A stretch of 32,000 nucleotides of DNA from Cupriavidus necator (GCF_016127575.1 NZ_CP066018.1:1440001-1472000); one strand, 5' to 3'; positions 16,853 to 25,436 are shown, numbered from the stretch's first letter. Program-made: numbers and translations. Notes: generated by a model from the sequence alone, not told the origin.

Positions 16853-18027
16853 TGCAACGCATCCCCCAGACCCCGCGTCGCAACTGGCCGCGCGAACTCG
16901 AGAAAGTCGGCTTCCACTTCCATTCGCTCGACGAATTCAACGTCCCGCGCGAAGTCGATGACAACACCTTCTTCTACTGGCGCGAAGACGCCGCCTACGC
17001 CTTCAGCAAGCAGGAGGTGGAGACGCTCTACGCCGCCGCGTACGACCTGAACCAGCGCTGCCTGGAAGCCGTGCAGCACGTGATCGACCACGACCTGTTC
17101 GCGCGCCTGGCGATCGACAAGGACTTCGCGCAGCTGATCCGCACCTCCTGGGACCGCGACGAGCCCACGCTGTTCGGCCGCTTCGACATGACGCTGGACC
17201 AGCACGGCGTGCCCAGGATGTACGAGTTCAACGCCGACACCCCGACCTCGCTGATCGAATCCGCCGTCGCACAGTGGTACTGGAAAGACACCGTGCAGCC
17301 GCAGGCCGACCAGTTCAACAGCCTGCACGACGCGCTGGTGGCGCGCTGGCAATGGCTGCGCAAGCACTACCGCAACGCCAGCATGCTGCACCTTGCGTGC
17401 ATGTTCGACAGCCAGGAAGACATCTGCAACACCGAGTACCTGATGGACACCGCGCTGCAGGCCGGCTGGTCCGTCAAGCTGGTCGACCTGCAAGACATCG
17501 GCACCGACGGCCGCGGCAACTTCTATGACGCCGACAACGTGCCGATGGAAGTCGTCTTCAAGCTCTACCCGTGGGAATGGATGGCCACCTCCGACTACCG
17601 CGACCAGCTGGCACACAGCCCCGTGCGCTGGGTCGAGCCGCCGTGGAAGGCCGTGCTGTCCAACAAGGCCATCCTGCCGATCCTGTGGGAGCTCTTTCCC
17701 GGCCACCCGAACCTGCTGGAAGCCAGCTTCGACCCCAGCCACTTCGCCGGTCAGCCGCACGCCAAAAAACCCTTCCTGTCACGCGAGGGCGAGAGCGTGA
17801 CCCTGGCCACCCCGGATGGCGGCCACGTCCACAATCCCGGCGAATACGGCGCCGAAGGCTTCATCTACCAGGCCTACGCCCCGGCGCGTCGCTTTGACGG
17901 CCGCTACACCACGCTGGGCGTATGGATTGTCGACGACGTGCCCAGCGGCCTGTGCGTGCGCGAGGAATCCGGGCCCATCGCCAAGAACACCAGTTTCTTC
18001 GTTCCACACTACTTCATGAACGAGTAA
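16852..18027 (+). CDS. Glutathionylspermidine-synthase-like ATP-grasp ligase (YgiC/YjfC family)
   Basis: I trimmed the 590-aa track ORF to the ATG at 16852 (391 aa). It is collinear with E. coli YgiC as I recall it: MQRIPQTPRRNWPRELEKVGFHFHS, FGRFDM, YEFNADTPTSLIESA, FKLYPWEWM, VRWVEPPWKAVLSNKAILPILWELFPGHPNLL, KKPFLSREGESV. The ATG shares 1 nt with the hss TGA. Confidence 0.88.
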   Translation: MQRIPQTPRRNWPRELEKVGFHFHSLDEFNVPREVDDNTFFYWREDAAYAFSKQEVETLYAAAYDLNQRCLEAVQHVIDHDLFARLAIDKDFAQLIRTSWDRDEPTLFGRFDMTLDQHGVPRMYEFNADTPTSLIESAVAQWYWKDTVQPQADQFNSLHDALVARWQWLRKHYRNASMLHLACMFDSQEDICNTEYLMDTALQAGWSVKLVDLQDIGTDGRGNFYDADNVPMEVVFKLYPWEWMATSDYRDQLAHSPVRWVEPPWKAVLSNKAILPILWELFPGHPNLLEASFDPSHFAGQPHAKKPFLSREGESVTLATPDGGHVHNPGEYGAEGFIYQAYAPARRFDGRYTTLGVWIVDDVPSGLCVREESGPIAKNTSFFVPHYFMNE

Positions 18028-18033
18028 GGACCG

Positions 18034-18759
18034 ATGGCAAAGAAGAACAACAACGGCCGCAAGCCGTCAAAGTACGACAGCCCGTACCAGCCCAAGTCGA
18101 AAGGATCGCCCCGGTCCGCGTGGCAGCCGCAGCCCTATGCGGGCGAGCAGAAACGCAGCTCGCCCGCGCTGTGGATCATCGGCGCCTGCGCCGTGGTGGC
18201 CGGCGTGGCGGCACTCGGCTCCTGCAGCGACGACGCCGACGACGATCCCGGCGTGACCGTACGCCGCGCCAGCTACGCCACGCTGGAAGACTGCGAAGCC
18301 GACTGGAACACCCCCAACGACTGCGAAAGCGTGCCAGTCGACGACCCCAGCACCATCTACAGCTCCAGCCTGAACGCATCCGCCAGCGACGCCGCCACCG
18401 GCGGCTCCGGCACCAGCCACGGCAGCAGCATGTACTACGCGCGCTGGTACGGCCCGTACTACACGTCCAGCGGCACCGTCTACCATCCCAACGGCACCCA
18501 GACCCGGCGCGACATGTCCGCCGGACCGCTGCGCCCGATGAACGTCTACGACAGCACCGGCACGCGCACGCAATCCTTCACCAACGCCACCCCGCACGCC
18601 GCGATGGTGGAAGAAGCCACCGTCCGCCGCAGCTCCCTCAGCGGCGGACGCTCCATGGGCCTGTCCATGCGCGCCGCGGCCGTATCGCGCGCACCGGTGG
18701 TATCGCGCGGCGGCTTCACCAGCCGCTTCGGCAGCTCCGGACGCTCCGGCGGCGGCTGA
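18034..18759 (+). CDS. DUF1190 (YgiB/YjfM-like) membrane-anchored protein
   Basis: AAGGA RBS 6 nt after the ligase stop. It has a basic N-terminus and one TM (ALWIIGACAVVAGVAALGSC). SYATLEDCEADW and the C-terminal VSRGGFTSRFGSSGRSGGG parallel E. coli YgiB (YATREDC ... RGGFG ... SSRSMGG). Confidence 0.7.
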   Translation: MAKKNNNGRKPSKYDSPYQPKSKGSPRSAWQPQPYAGEQKRSSPALWIIGACAVVAGVAALGSCSDDADDDPGVTVRRASYATLEDCEADWNTPNDCESVPVDDPSTIYSSSLNASASDAATGGSGTSHGSSMYYARWYGPYYTSSGTVYHPNGTQTRRDMSAGPLRPMNVYDSTGTRTQSFTNATPHAAMVEEATVRRSSLSGGRSMGLSMRAAAVSRAPVVSRGGFTSRFGSSGRSGGG

Positions 18760-18821
18760 GTGCCGCCTGCCGATCGCCATGTCGTATTCACATCCCTGAC
18801 AACTGACAACGAGTCCAACCT

Positions 18822-19220
18822 ATGGTCAATGCCATGCACCCGGCGCTTGCCTACCTGATCTATATCGTCACCAGCTTTGCCATGCTGGGGCTGTTCCTGC
18901 TGGTCTATACGCGGGTGACGCCGCATCGCGAGTTCCAGCTGATCCGCGAGGGCAATGTTGCAGCGGCGTTGTCGCTGGGCGGGGCGGTGCTGGGGTTCTC
19001 GCTGACGTTGTCGTCGAGCATTCAGCACAACGCTACGTTTGGGATGTTTTTGTTGTGGGCGTTTGGGGCGTTTGCGGTGCAGGTGTTGGCTTATCTGGTG
19101 GTGGCGAGGGCGTTGGGGGGTGTTGGTGAGGCTATTTCCAGCGATAACCGGGGGGTTGGGGCGGTGATGGGGGTGATTTCGTTGGCGGTGGGGGTGGTTA
19201 ATGCGGCTTGTTTGACTTGA
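18822..19220 (+). CDS. DUF350 (YjfL-like) small membrane protein
   Basis: 132 aa with four hydrophobic helices. It contains FQLIREGNVAAALSLGGAVLGFSL, typical of DUF350. An alternative start lies at 18834. Confidence 0.75.
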   Translation: MVNAMHPALAYLIYIVTSFAMLGLFLLVYTRVTPHREFQLIREGNVAAALSLGGAVLGFSLTLSSSIQHNATFGMFLLWAFGAFAVQVLAYLVVARALGGVGEAISSDNRGVGAVMGVISLAVGVVNAACLT

Positions 19221-19263
19221 GGTGATCTTGGGCCGAGGATCGCGAGGTTCCATTAGCAACCAC

Positions 19264-19848
19264 ATGACCAGACCAATGCCCGATCGCCCGCATCAGGAAG
19301 ACCTGACCATCCGACCTGCCACCCAAGCCGATGCGGCTGCGATTTCGGCGGTACATGCGCTTTGCTGGCATCAAGCATATGGCGAGCTGCTTCCCAAAGA
19401 TATGCTTGCGAATGTGACAGCGGAAAGCCGGCTGCCAGCCAGGTATCGCATTCTCGCGGACCCATCGGTAGCCTGTTTCGTCGCGACCAGTGAGGCTGAA
19501 GTCGTCGGCTTTTCCGATTGCGGACCATGTCGCGAAGCAGAGCAGGAATGTCGGGGAGAGGTCTACGCCCTCTACGTACTGGAGGCGTTTCATGACAAGC
19601 GTGTCGGCCTGAGGCTTCTGTCGTGCTGCGCGTCAGCCTTGTTGAGGCGAGGTTCCAGTTCGATGCGCCTGTGGTCACTCGAGGAAAATGCACGGGCGCG
19701 CAGGTTCTACGAACGTGCCGGCGGACGACTGCTAGACCGGCGCGTCTCGACCCGGGGCTCAGTGGTACTAACTGAAGTGGAATATCACTGGGACCTCATT
19801 GGCATGAAGCGGCTCGCAGCGCTCAAGTGGCATTTGTTGTGTAAATGA
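19264..19848 (+). CDS. GNAT-family N-acetyltransferase (lower-GC, probably acquired)
   Basis: I chose the start at ATG 19264. LTIRPATQADAAAISAVH opens a GNAT fold, with motif A-like LYVLEAFHDKRVGLRLL and ENARARRFYERAGG. Codon third positions are visibly less GC-biased than in flanking genes. The last ~7 codons overlap IS-derived sequence on the other strand. Confidence 0.7.
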   Translation: MTRPMPDRPHQEDLTIRPATQADAAAISAVHALCWHQAYGELLPKDMLANVTAESRLPARYRILADPSVACFVATSEAEVVGFSDCGPCREAEQECRGEVYALYVLEAFHDKRVGLRLLSCCASALLRRGSSSMRLWSLEENARARRFYERAGGRLLDRRVSTRGSVVLTEVEYHWDLIGMKRLAALKWHLLCK

Positions 19849-20080
19849 TCTTGCGGATCGCCGGCGGAAAGGCAAAGAGCGGGATCACCTGATCCCAGAC
19901 ACGACGTCAGGACGCGGCGATCGGGGAGTAGTCCTTACCCATTTGTCTTGGTCGAAGGCCTCCAGCTCGGCCAGCGCAGCCTCCGCACTGGGGGCCGCAT
20001 ACACGGGCTTGTGCGCCGCCGCCACGGCGCGGCGCCCCTTGCCGCCGCATCCGGACTGAGGCAAGTCATACAGTCGCCGT
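19829..20080 (-). pseudogene. IS256-family (Mutator-type) transposase remnant
   Basis: The minus-strand translation gives ...RRLYDLPQSGCGGKGRRAVAAAHKPVYAAPSAEAALAELEAFDQDKW, then a 1-nt frameshift, then GKDYSPIAAS, then an in-frame TGA where W is expected. It continues RRVWDQVIPLFAFPPAIRKIIYTTNA. The W..VIP.FAFP..IRK.IYTTNA block is the hallmark of IS256 transposases. Only about 85 codons remain. Confidence 0.65.
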
Positions 20081-20113
20081 CATCCCGTCGGCCCCCAACG
20101 TCGGCCCGGAGCG

Positions 20114-20965
20114 TCAACCAACGCGATCGCCGCGCTCCTCCACAGTAATCCGGTGCAACAGGCGATCATACCCATCATAGCCACCAGTCGCCGCATGATT
20201 CACACATCGGTTATCCCAAACAACAAGCATCCCCTGCGACCACCGATGGCGATACACAAACTCCGGCCTGGCCTGGTGCTCAAACAGCGCACGCAGGATC
20301 GGCGCCGCCTCCTCGTCGCTCATGCCATCGATGCCGATCGTATAGCCCACGCTGACAAACAAGGCTGTGCGCCCGGTTTCGGGATGCTTGCGCGCAATGG
20401 GGTGTAGCTGCGTTGCCATCGCACTGTCCGAATAGCGGATAGCCATCGAGCGTCCCTTGTCCTTCTCACCATATGCGCCCTGTCGCGAATAGCCGCGCCG
20501 CGCGGAATGGACGCCTTGCCTGCCGTCCACCAGTGATTTGAGTTCCGCCGGCAGCGCGTCCCAGGCGGCGTACTGGTCGGCGAACAGCGTGTCACCGCCC
20601 ACTGGCGGAATGACATTGCCGTATAGCACCGTAGCCGCCGGTGGCTGCGCCAGGAAGCTCCAGTCCGAGTGCCAGGACTCGGCAAAGATCGGCGTGCGCT
20701 CGTTGGCATCGCGCCGCACTTGCGCGACATGGGGATGGCCAGGGATGGCGGTGAAATACGGATCGCTGCCGAGCGGGCCGATCGTTGACGCGAAGCGTTC
20801 GATGTCCTCGATGGCCAGGTCCTGGTCGGTGAAGGCAAGGACCTTGTGCTCAAGCCAGTGCCGGCGAATCTCGGCGACTTGCGCATCGGTCAGTGCCTGC
20901 TTCAGGTCCAGGCCCAAGACCAGCGCGCCGCAGGGGGCGTCCTGCGGCAGAACTTGCATTGCCAT
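20114..20965 (-). CDS. TauD/TfdA-family Fe(II)/2-oxoglutarate-dependent dioxygenase
   Basis: AAGGAGA RBS. The facial triad is WHSDWSF (HxD) plus a distal His in VWDNRCVNHAA. The length (283 aa) is typical. Confidence 0.85.
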   Translation of the reverse strand: MAMQVLPQDAPCGALVLGLDLKQALTDAQVAEIRRHWLEHKVLAFTDQDLAIEDIERFASTIGPLGSDPYFTAIPGHPHVAQVRRDANERTPIFAESWHSDWSFLAQPPAATVLYGNVIPPVGGDTLFADQYAAWDALPAELKSLVDGRQGVHSARRGYSRQGAYGEKDKGRSMAIRYSDSAMATQLHPIARKHPETGRTALFVSVGYTIGIDGMSDEEAAPILRALFEHQARPEFVYRHRWSQGMLVVWDNRCVNHAATGGYDGYDRLLHRITVEERGDRVG

Positions 20966-21027
20966 TGCGCGTCTCCTTGATGAGCGTAAGGGAGCGAGTG
21001 GGGCGCACCAGGCGCACAGCGGCGCGC

Positions 21028-21903
21028 TCAGGCTGCCACGCCGACCGGGCGGTCGCCGGCGATGGTTGTGCGATGCAGCTCGCGGTCAAAGCCGTCATAG
21101 TCGTTCATCGCCAGATGCTGCGTGCAGCGGTTGTCCCACACGGCCAGCGCGCCGCGGGTCCAGCGGAAGCGGCAGGTGAATTCGGGGCGGGCGGCGTGGG
21201 CGTAGAGGTATTGCAGCAGCGGCGCGCTTTCTTCTTCGGTCATGCCCTCGAAGCGCATGGTGTAGGTGCTGTTGACGTACAGCGCCTTCCTGCCCGTGGC
21301 GGGATGCACCCGCACCACCGGATGGAGGACCTCGCTGTTGGCGCGGTCATCGGTACGCACGTCCATCTTGTGGGCGGGGTCGCCGTTGTTGACCACGGCG
21401 CCCCTGGCGCCATAGGAACGCACGGGGCTATGTACCGCGCGCAACTTGTCGAGCACCAGCTTTAGCCCATCGGAAAGCGCGTCGTACGCGTGATACATGC
21501 TGGCCCACATGGTGTCGCCACCGTAGGGCGGAATCACGCGCGCATACAAGGCGGACCCCAGCGGCGGGATTTCTGCATAGCTCATGTCCGTGTGCCAGGC
21601 ACCGCCGAAGTTGCGTTTGGTCTGCTCTGCCTTGCCCTTCATCACCGGCAGGATTTCAGCGTGGCCTTCCAGCGCGCGGACGAACGGCACTTCCAGCAGA
21701 TCGCCAAAGCGGGCGCTGAACGCCTTGTGCTGATCCGGCGTCAACTGCTGGTCGCGAAAGAAGATGACCTGATGGTTGTGCAGCGCCGAGCGGATCTCTG
21801 CGAACGTCTCGTCCGGCACCGGCTGGGACAGGTCTACCCCACTGATCTCCGCACCGAGGGCGCCCGCGATGGGCTGGACATCGATGAAACGGTATTGCGA
21901 CAT
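21028..21903 (-). CDS. TauD/TfdA-family Fe(II)/2-oxoglutarate-dependent dioxygenase (paralogue)
   Basis: AAGGAGA RBS. It has WHTDMSY (HxD), GGDTMWAS and VWDNRCTQHLA. Confidence 0.88.
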   Translation of the reverse strand: MSQYRFIDVQPIAGALGAEISGVDLSQPVPDETFAEIRSALHNHQVIFFRDQQLTPDQHKAFSARFGDLLEVPFVRALEGHAEILPVMKGKAEQTKRNFGGAWHTDMSYAEIPPLGSALYARVIPPYGGDTMWASMYHAYDALSDGLKLVLDKLRAVHSPVRSYGARGAVVNNGDPAHKMDVRTDDRANSEVLHPVVRVHPATGRKALYVNSTYTMRFEGMTEEESAPLLQYLYAHAARPEFTCRFRWTRGALAVWDNRCTQHLAMNDYDGFDRELHRTTIAGDRPVGVAA

Positions 21904-21947
21904 GGCTTGCGTTCTCCTTGCTTAAAAAGTGTTAGCGACTGCGAGGG

Positions 21948-22925
21948 TTACTGGACGGTGATGTGGGCGCTGCGCACCAGCGCGCGCCACTTCTGCGTTT
22001 CCGCATCGATAAAGACGCCGAACGCCTCCGGCCCGGCTCCGGAGATGACGCCGCCCATCTCATCGATCTTCTTGCGGACGTCGGGCATCTTCAGCACGGC
22101 TTCCAGCTCTGAATCCAGCCGGGCAACGATGGGCTTGGGCGTTGCTGCGGGCACCAGCACGCCGAACCAGCCTGCAATCTCATAGCCGCGCAGGCCGGCT
22201 TCCGCCATGGTGGGCACATCGGGCAGCAGCGGCGAACGCTGGGCTCCGGTGATCGCCAGCGCGCGCAGCTTGCCGGACTTCACCAGCTGCAGCGCCGACG
22301 GCATGTTGTCGAACATCACCGGAACATGCCCCGCCACGGTGTCGTTCAGCCCCGGCGCGCTGCCTTTGTAGGGAACGTGGGTCATGCGCACGCCGGCGGT
22401 GCTGGCAAACAGCTCGCCCGCCAGGTGCAGCGAGGTGCCGGCGCCCGGCGTTGCATAGGTCAGCGGCGTAGCCTGGCGCTTGCCGTACTGGATCAGGTCC
22501 TTCACGGATTGCACCGGCAGTGCCGTATTCACGACCAGCAGGTTGGGCACCGCCATCAGCATGGTCACCGGCGCGAGATCCTTGCCCGGCTTGTACGGCA
22601 GGTCGGGATAGAGCGAGGGATTGATCGCGATGGGGCCGATATTGCCCATCACGATGGTGTAGCCATCGGCTGGCTGCTTGGTCACGTAGTCAGTGCCGAC
22701 ATTGCCGCCGGCGCCTGCCTTGTTCTCTACCACCACGGGTTGCCCGAGCCGTTCCCCCAGCTTCTGGCCGACGATGCGCGCCAGCATGTCGGTGGATCCA
22801 CCGGGCGGGTAAGGGACAACCCATTTGATCGGCTTGCTCGGCCAAGCATCGCTGGCCCAGGCGGCAGGCCCGGGCATGATTGCAGCCGCGCAGGCCAGCG
22901 CGGCACTGAGAATGGGGCGCTTCAT
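21948..22925 (-). CDS. Bug-family (TctC-like) tripartite tricarboxylate transporter substrate-binding protein
   Basis: Start moved to the ATG at 22925 (GGAGA RBS). Signal peptide MKRPILSAALACAAAIMPGPAAWA, then WPSKPIKWVVPYPPGGSTDMLARIV...VENKAGAGG...PYKGSAP, typical of Bug proteins. Confidence 0.88.
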   Translation of the reverse strand: MKRPILSAALACAAAIMPGPAAWASDAWPSKPIKWVVPYPPGGSTDMLARIVGQKLGERLGQPVVVENKAGAGGNVGTDYVTKQPADGYTIVMGNIGPIAINPSLYPDLPYKPGKDLAPVTMLMAVPNLLVVNTALPVQSVKDLIQYGKRQATPLTYATPGAGTSLHLAGELFASTAGVRMTHVPYKGSAPGLNDTVAGHVPVMFDNMPSALQLVKSGKLRALAITGAQRSPLLPDVPTMAEAGLRGYEIAGWFGVLVPAATPKPIVARLDSELEAVLKMPDVRKKIDEMGGVISGAGPEAFGVFIDAETQKWRALVRSAHITVQ

Positions 22926-22985
22926 GTTGTCTCCTGTGGTGGAGCAGCGAGAATGCTTGCCGCCCACGCTTTCTTGATTTATATT

Positions 22986-23020
22986 GTTCACTTAGTGAAC
23001 GTACATTACACATAGTGAAC
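22986..23020. promoter_or_regulatory. Candidate IclR operator: palindrome GTTCAC-TTA-GTGAAC plus a third TAGTGAAC half-site
   Basis: The perfect 6-3-6 palindrome lies at 22986-23000. TAGTGAAC repeats at 22993-23000 and 23013-23020, 20 bp apart. The site lies in the 97-nt divergent spacer and ends 2 nt before the iclR-type ATG. Confidence 0.5.
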
Positions 23021-23022
23021 GG

Positions 23023-23670
23023 ATGAAGAGTAATAGATCAATCCTCAGGTGTCTAGCCATCCTGCAAGCGTTCCGCCAGAACGGCCGTCCGACCCTGGCC
23101 GAGCTGTCACGCGCGGTGGACTTGCCCCACCCCACGGTGCTGCGATTCCTGCTGACGCTGGAGGAAGAGGGCTACGTGGCGCGCGAGGCAAACCAGTGGC
23201 GGCTCACCACGCGCGTGTTCGAGATCGGATTTGCCGCGATGGAAAGCCTGGGCGTGACCGAAGCGGTGCAGGAGCACCTGCAGCAACTGGCTGACGTGTA
23301 TTCCGGCACGGCGAACCTGGGGGAGATCAACCCGGAAGGCGTCATCATCGTCGGACGCGCAATGGCGCCGGCCGAGCGGCGCCGGCTGGTGGTCATGAAC
23401 TTGCGGGTAGGCAGCGTGCTGCCGCCGGGCAGTGCCCTGGCCATGGCGCTTGCGCTGCCGGTCGGCGAATGGAGCGAGCTGGAATATCCGGAAAGCAATC
23501 AGATGTCGATTGCCGTGCCGCTGCCTGCGGTGGGGTCCAGGCAGCTGTCGCTTGGGATCTCTACGTCAATGGGCGAGGCTACGCCTGCGCGGATCAGGGA
23601 GGAGATGGTGCCTGCGCTGCAGCGGGCTGCGGGGACTGTTAGTCGGATGATTGGGTTGGCGCCGGCTTGA
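23023..23670 (+). CDS. IclR-family transcriptional regulator (short, 215 aa)
   Basis: The N-terminal winged HTH reads [46 protein letters not shown]. The C-terminal effector domain is shorter than usual. No SD is visible upstream. Confidence 0.72.
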   Translation: MKSNRSILRCLAILQAFRQNGRPTLAELSRAVDLPHPTVLRFLLTLEEEGYVAREANQWRLTTRVFEIGFAAMESLGVTEAVQEHLQQLADVYSGTANLGEINPEGVIIVGRAMAPAERRRLVVMNLRVGSVLPPGSALAMALALPVGEWSELEYPESNQMSIAVPLPAVGSRQLSLGISTSMGEATPARIREEMVPALQRAAGTVSRMIGLAPA

Positions 23671-23774
23671 GGGGGGCGGGAATGCAGGCATTGGAGGTGA
23701 TGGCTCGCTTCAAAACGGCATCGATGTCAGCCCCTCATTGAATGCCTTGAACTTCTTCAAGCCTGCCGCGCTGA

Positions 23775-24557
23775 TCAGCCCTTCATCCCCGCACGCCCCG
23801 CCTTCGCCGCCCGCTTCAAGGGCACCAGCGTGACCGCCGCATCCTCGGTCCTGTCCGTATTGACCAGTACCCCCGCCGAGACAATATAGGCCGCCGCGCT
23901 CTCGATATCCCCGCGCAGCGCCGCGCATGCCGCCGCGCTGTCATGCCTGCGCAGCGCTTCGATCAGATTGTCGTGATGCTTGACCGCGACGCGCTCTTCC
24001 ACGCGGCGCGATCCGGAGCGGAGGTCATGGTTAAGGATCGGGCCGATGCGCAACCACTGCGACTCAATCATCTGCAACAGGATCGGCATGCGCGCCGCCG
24101 CATACACGGCAAAGTGAAAGGCCTGGTTCGCGGCGATGACATCCGCGCCGTCGGGACTGCGCTTCGACATCTCGTCGGCAAACCGGCGGTGCAGTGCCTG
24201 TACCTGCTTCAGTTCCTCATCGGTGATGCGCTCCGCCGCGGTCGCAGTGGCGAGTCCCTCCAGTTCGATCCGGATCTTGGTGATCTCCTCGAACTGGCTG
24301 ACGCTCATCCTCGGCACCCGCAGTGCGCGGTTTGGCGTGAGCTCAAGTGCCTGCTCGGCAACCAGGCGATGCACCGCTTCCCGCACCGGCATGACGCTGA
24401 CGCCCAGTGCGGCGGCAATGTTGCGCAGGGAAATCTGCTCTCCCGGCATCATCTGGCCGCTGATCAGCAGGTCTCGCAACTGCGTGTAGACGTCGCGGCT
24501 GAGCGTCTGGCGGACAAGGGGCGTGACAAGGTCATTCAGGGTCATGCCGCGAAGCAT
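23775..24557 (-). CDS. GntR-family (FadR/FCD subfamily) transcriptional regulator
   Basis: The HTH is ISLRNIAAALGVSVMPVREAVHRLVAEQALE, followed by an all-helical FCD-type C-terminal domain. An alternative start is M5 at 24545. Confidence 0.85.
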   Translation of the reverse strand: MLRGMTLNDLVTPLVRQTLSRDVYTQLRDLLISGQMMPGEQISLRNIAAALGVSVMPVREAVHRLVAEQALELTPNRALRVPRMSVSQFEEITKIRIELEGLATATAAERITDEELKQVQALHRRFADEMSKRSPDGADVIAANQAFHFAVYAAARMPILLQMIESQWLRIGPILNHDLRSGSRRVEERVAVKHHDNLIEALRRHDSAAACAALRGDIESAAAYIVSAGVLVNTDRTEDAAVTLVPLKRAAKAGRAGMKG

Positions 24558-24586
24558 AGCACATAGGGTTATTCTCTATATTTGAT

Positions 24587-24598
24587 CTGTGATCACAG
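24587..24598. promoter_or_regulatory. Candidate GntR operator CTGTGATCACAG
   Basis: A perfect 12-bp palindrome with the GT-N-AC core typical of GntR/FadR operators. It lies in the AT-rich 96-nt spacer between the gntR-type gene and the SDR gene. Confidence 0.5.
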
Positions 24599-24653
24599 TT
24601 TTAATCTTCGTCCGGAAGGCAGGCAGCCGCCTGTCCCCAAGAGGATTGGAATC

Positions 24654-25436
24654 ATGTGGAAGGATGAATCGCTCGCCGGCAAACGCGTACTGGTGACTGC
24701 TGGCGCAGACGGAATCGGCCTGGAGATCACACGGGCGTTTGTGGAGGCGGGCGCCCGCGTTGCGGTTTGCGACGTGGCTGGCGGCAGCCTTGAACGTGTC
24801 TGCGCCGAGTTGCCCGGCGTGGTGGCAGTCAGGGCCGACGTGTCGAAGGAAAGCGACGTCGAGGCGCTGTTCCAGGCAGTGGATGGCGCCTTTGGCGGCC
24901 TGGATGTGCTGGTCAACAATGCCGGGGTTGCCGGCCCGACCGGCGGTGTCGAAACCCTGTCGCTGGCCGACTGGGAGCGCACGCTTGCCGTCAACATCAC
25001 CGGCCAGTTCCTGTGCGCCCGCGCGGCGGTGCCGCGCCTGCGGCAGGGGCGCTCGCCGTCGATCGTCAACCTGTCCTCCGCTGCCGGGCATCTCGGCATG
25101 CCGGGCCGTTCCGCCTACTCCGCATCGAAATGGGCCGTGGTGGGCTTTACCAAATCGCTGGCGCTTGAACTGGGCGCGGATGGCATCCGGGTCAACACGG
25201 TGCTGCCCGGTGCGGTCGACGGCCCGCGTATCCGCGCCGTCATTGCCGCAAAGGCCGAGTCGCTCGGCAAGCCGCTTGAGGAAGTCACGCGCAACTACAC
25301 GTCTCAGGCGGCACTGTGCCGCATGGTGACGATGCGCGACATCGCCAACATGGTGCGCTTCCTCTGCAGCGACCAGGCGGCCAATGTGCACGGCCAGGAA
25401 ATGGTCGTGGACGGCCTGACCCAGGCGCTCAGCTAG
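24654..25436 (+). CDS. Short-chain dehydrogenase/reductase (SDR) family oxidoreductase
   Basis: ATG at 24654 after GAGGA. Cofactor motif VTAGADGIGLEI, NNAG, and catalytic S...YSASK (SAYSASKWAV). Confidence 0.88.
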   Translation: MWKDESLAGKRVLVTAGADGIGLEITRAFVEAGARVAVCDVAGGSLERVCAELPGVVAVRADVSKESDVEALFQAVDGAFGGLDVLVNNAGVAGPTGGVETLSLADWERTLAVNITGQFLCARAAVPRLRQGRSPSIVNLSSAAGHLGMPGRSAYSASKWAVVGFTKSLALELGADGIRVNTVLPGAVDGPRIRAVIAAKAESLGKPLEEVTRNYTSQAALCRMVTMRDIANMVRFLCSDQAANVHGQEMVVDGLTQALS

